IMG/VR virus record: IMGVR_UViG_3300033997_000406
Span: 1-64,000 of that record
DNA: 64,000 bases
Strand: one strand, 5' to 3'
From: a virus
Made by a program: the position numbers and the translations under genes. Shown one piece after another: positions 62,913-64,000 of the stretch (position 1 is its first letter; the number at the start of each line of letters is the position of its first letter). Under the pieces are notes generated by a model. That model was not told where the DNA came from, made no database searches, and saw nothing but the letters and a program-made list of their open reading frames with translations.

Positions 62913-63533
62913 TTAAATCGACCCCAACAATGCTAATAGTTCCAGCTCTTTTTTATCAGTCTGAGTTAGGTATTCACCCTTGAGTTGATACCTGTCGTCA
63001 GCCTGCTCAAACGTAGGCTTGTTATCCAAGCCCGCTACCGTTCTGCTTTCCAAATCCAAATGCTCAGCATTCAACGGGGTGCCATTGGGCAGCAGTATTT
63101 TCGTGATCACAACATGGTGACTCAGCAGCTCAGCGATAGGAACGACCTTGACTTGCGCTGCTGCAACCAAGGAATTTTTATCGACCTGATTGGTTAAAAG
63201 TCCGTGCTGAGATATAGCTTCAATAACCACAGCGCACTCAATGCCGGGAGTAATGAAAACTTCAATAGGGTGCTGACCTTGAACAGTAATCAACTGGCCG
63301 TCACGCTCTATAGCTGCAGTGCCTTTACCAGCGCTGCCTATGGTGATTTTATTCACGCCAGAGACAACCACATCAAAGCCCCTGTAAATACCAGCAGCTA
63401 CAATGCCCACAAATTTACGGTTAAATGATTCAGACCCCATTTCCTCCGCAAACTGCGTGTCCGCAAGCAACGGGAAAGCGGCAAGCTCAGCCCGGCTGGT
63501 AGGGGATATATTATTAAAATCAACAGCACTCAT
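62913..63533 (-). CDS. Tail fibre attachment protein (P1 gpR-like)
   Basis: L.AD.QF.E...S..FNRKF.GIV..GIY.GF; synteny. Confidence 0.65.
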   Translation of the reverse strand: MSAVDFNNISPTSRAELAAFPLLADTQFAEEMGSESFNRKFVGIVAAGIYRGFDVVVSGVNKITIGSAGKGTAAIERDGQLITVQGQHPIEVFITPGIECAVVIEAISQHGLLTNQVDKNSLVAAAQVKVVPIAELLSHHVVITKILLPNGTPLNAEHLDLESRTVAGLDNKPTFEQADDRYQLKGEYLTQTDKKELELLALLGSI

Positions 63534-63958
63534 ATGGTCGGCCTCGCCGTGTCAATTACAAATTCAACAGTTAACCCCCGGTCTGAACTCATCCAGACGG
63601 GCATACCCACAGCGATAGCTACAACACCGCTTTCATCATCAAGCACATAAAGCGTTGTAAACTCAGATCTAACACCAAGAGGCAGATACCCTTTTGGTAT
63701 GGTTGCCCTGACATTGATAGTTTTTGCTACTGGATCATATCTGTATGTCGCGCCAGTTCTTGCAAACTCACCTGTAATGGAGTCGACAGCAGAGGGAAGT
63801 GAGGGGATAACAGACGGCTTTCCGTCGACTATTTCTAAGTAGCCAGAACCCCAAGCCACCTTATCAAGCTTGAAAAACGGGATTGAACTACATAACGACA
63901 TAGCTCGCCGGGCATAGTATCGGTCAAGAAGCTTACCCCCATCTAAAATAACAGCCAC
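63530..63958 (-). CDS. Baseplate/tail protein (P1 gp16-like)
   Basis: LLDRYYARRA motif; synteny. Confidence 0.55.
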   Translation of the reverse strand: MAVILDGGKLLDRYYARRAMSLCSSIPFFKLDKVAWGSGYLEIVDGKPSVIPSLPSAVDSITGEFARTGATYRYDPVAKTINVRATIPKGYLPLGVRSEFTTLYVLDDESGVVAIAVGMPVWMSSDRGLTVEFVIDTARPTI

Positions 63959-64000
63959 AATATGACCTCCTAAAGTTCTATGGTTCTTGCAATAAAGACA

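Overview
The window is about 64 kb of a P1-like (Punavirus-type) phage-plasmid, probably from a non-enteric gammaproteobacterium; the host cannot be determined from sequence alone. All gene calls rest on motif recognition and P1 synteny, not database searches. Recognisable P1 modules are tail/baseplate genes (gp5-6-24-7-25-26, mat), a C1-like repressor convergent with pacA/pacB, a TGATCA-repeat pac site, parA/parB, rdgC, spanins, pro/prt, darB-ulx, the lydA-lydB-hdf-darA operon, and tail fibre, gpR and gp16. Accessory cargo includes HicAB and MazEF-type TA pairs, a small tyrosine recombinase, three stand-alone DNA methyltransferases, a DGQHR protein and many small ORFs. Notable departures from P1: (i) a cassette of XRE regulator, small peptide-like protein and membrane protein, divergent from the c1 immunity region (candidate peptide signalling system); (ii) a phage-encoded SspA behind pacB; (iii) a 17-bp asymmetric motif at about 11 sites, including late operons; (iv) a replicon apparently controlled by antisense RNA; (v) several promoter-terminator-bounded small RNA candidates; (vi) no cin inversion system at the tail fibre locus.
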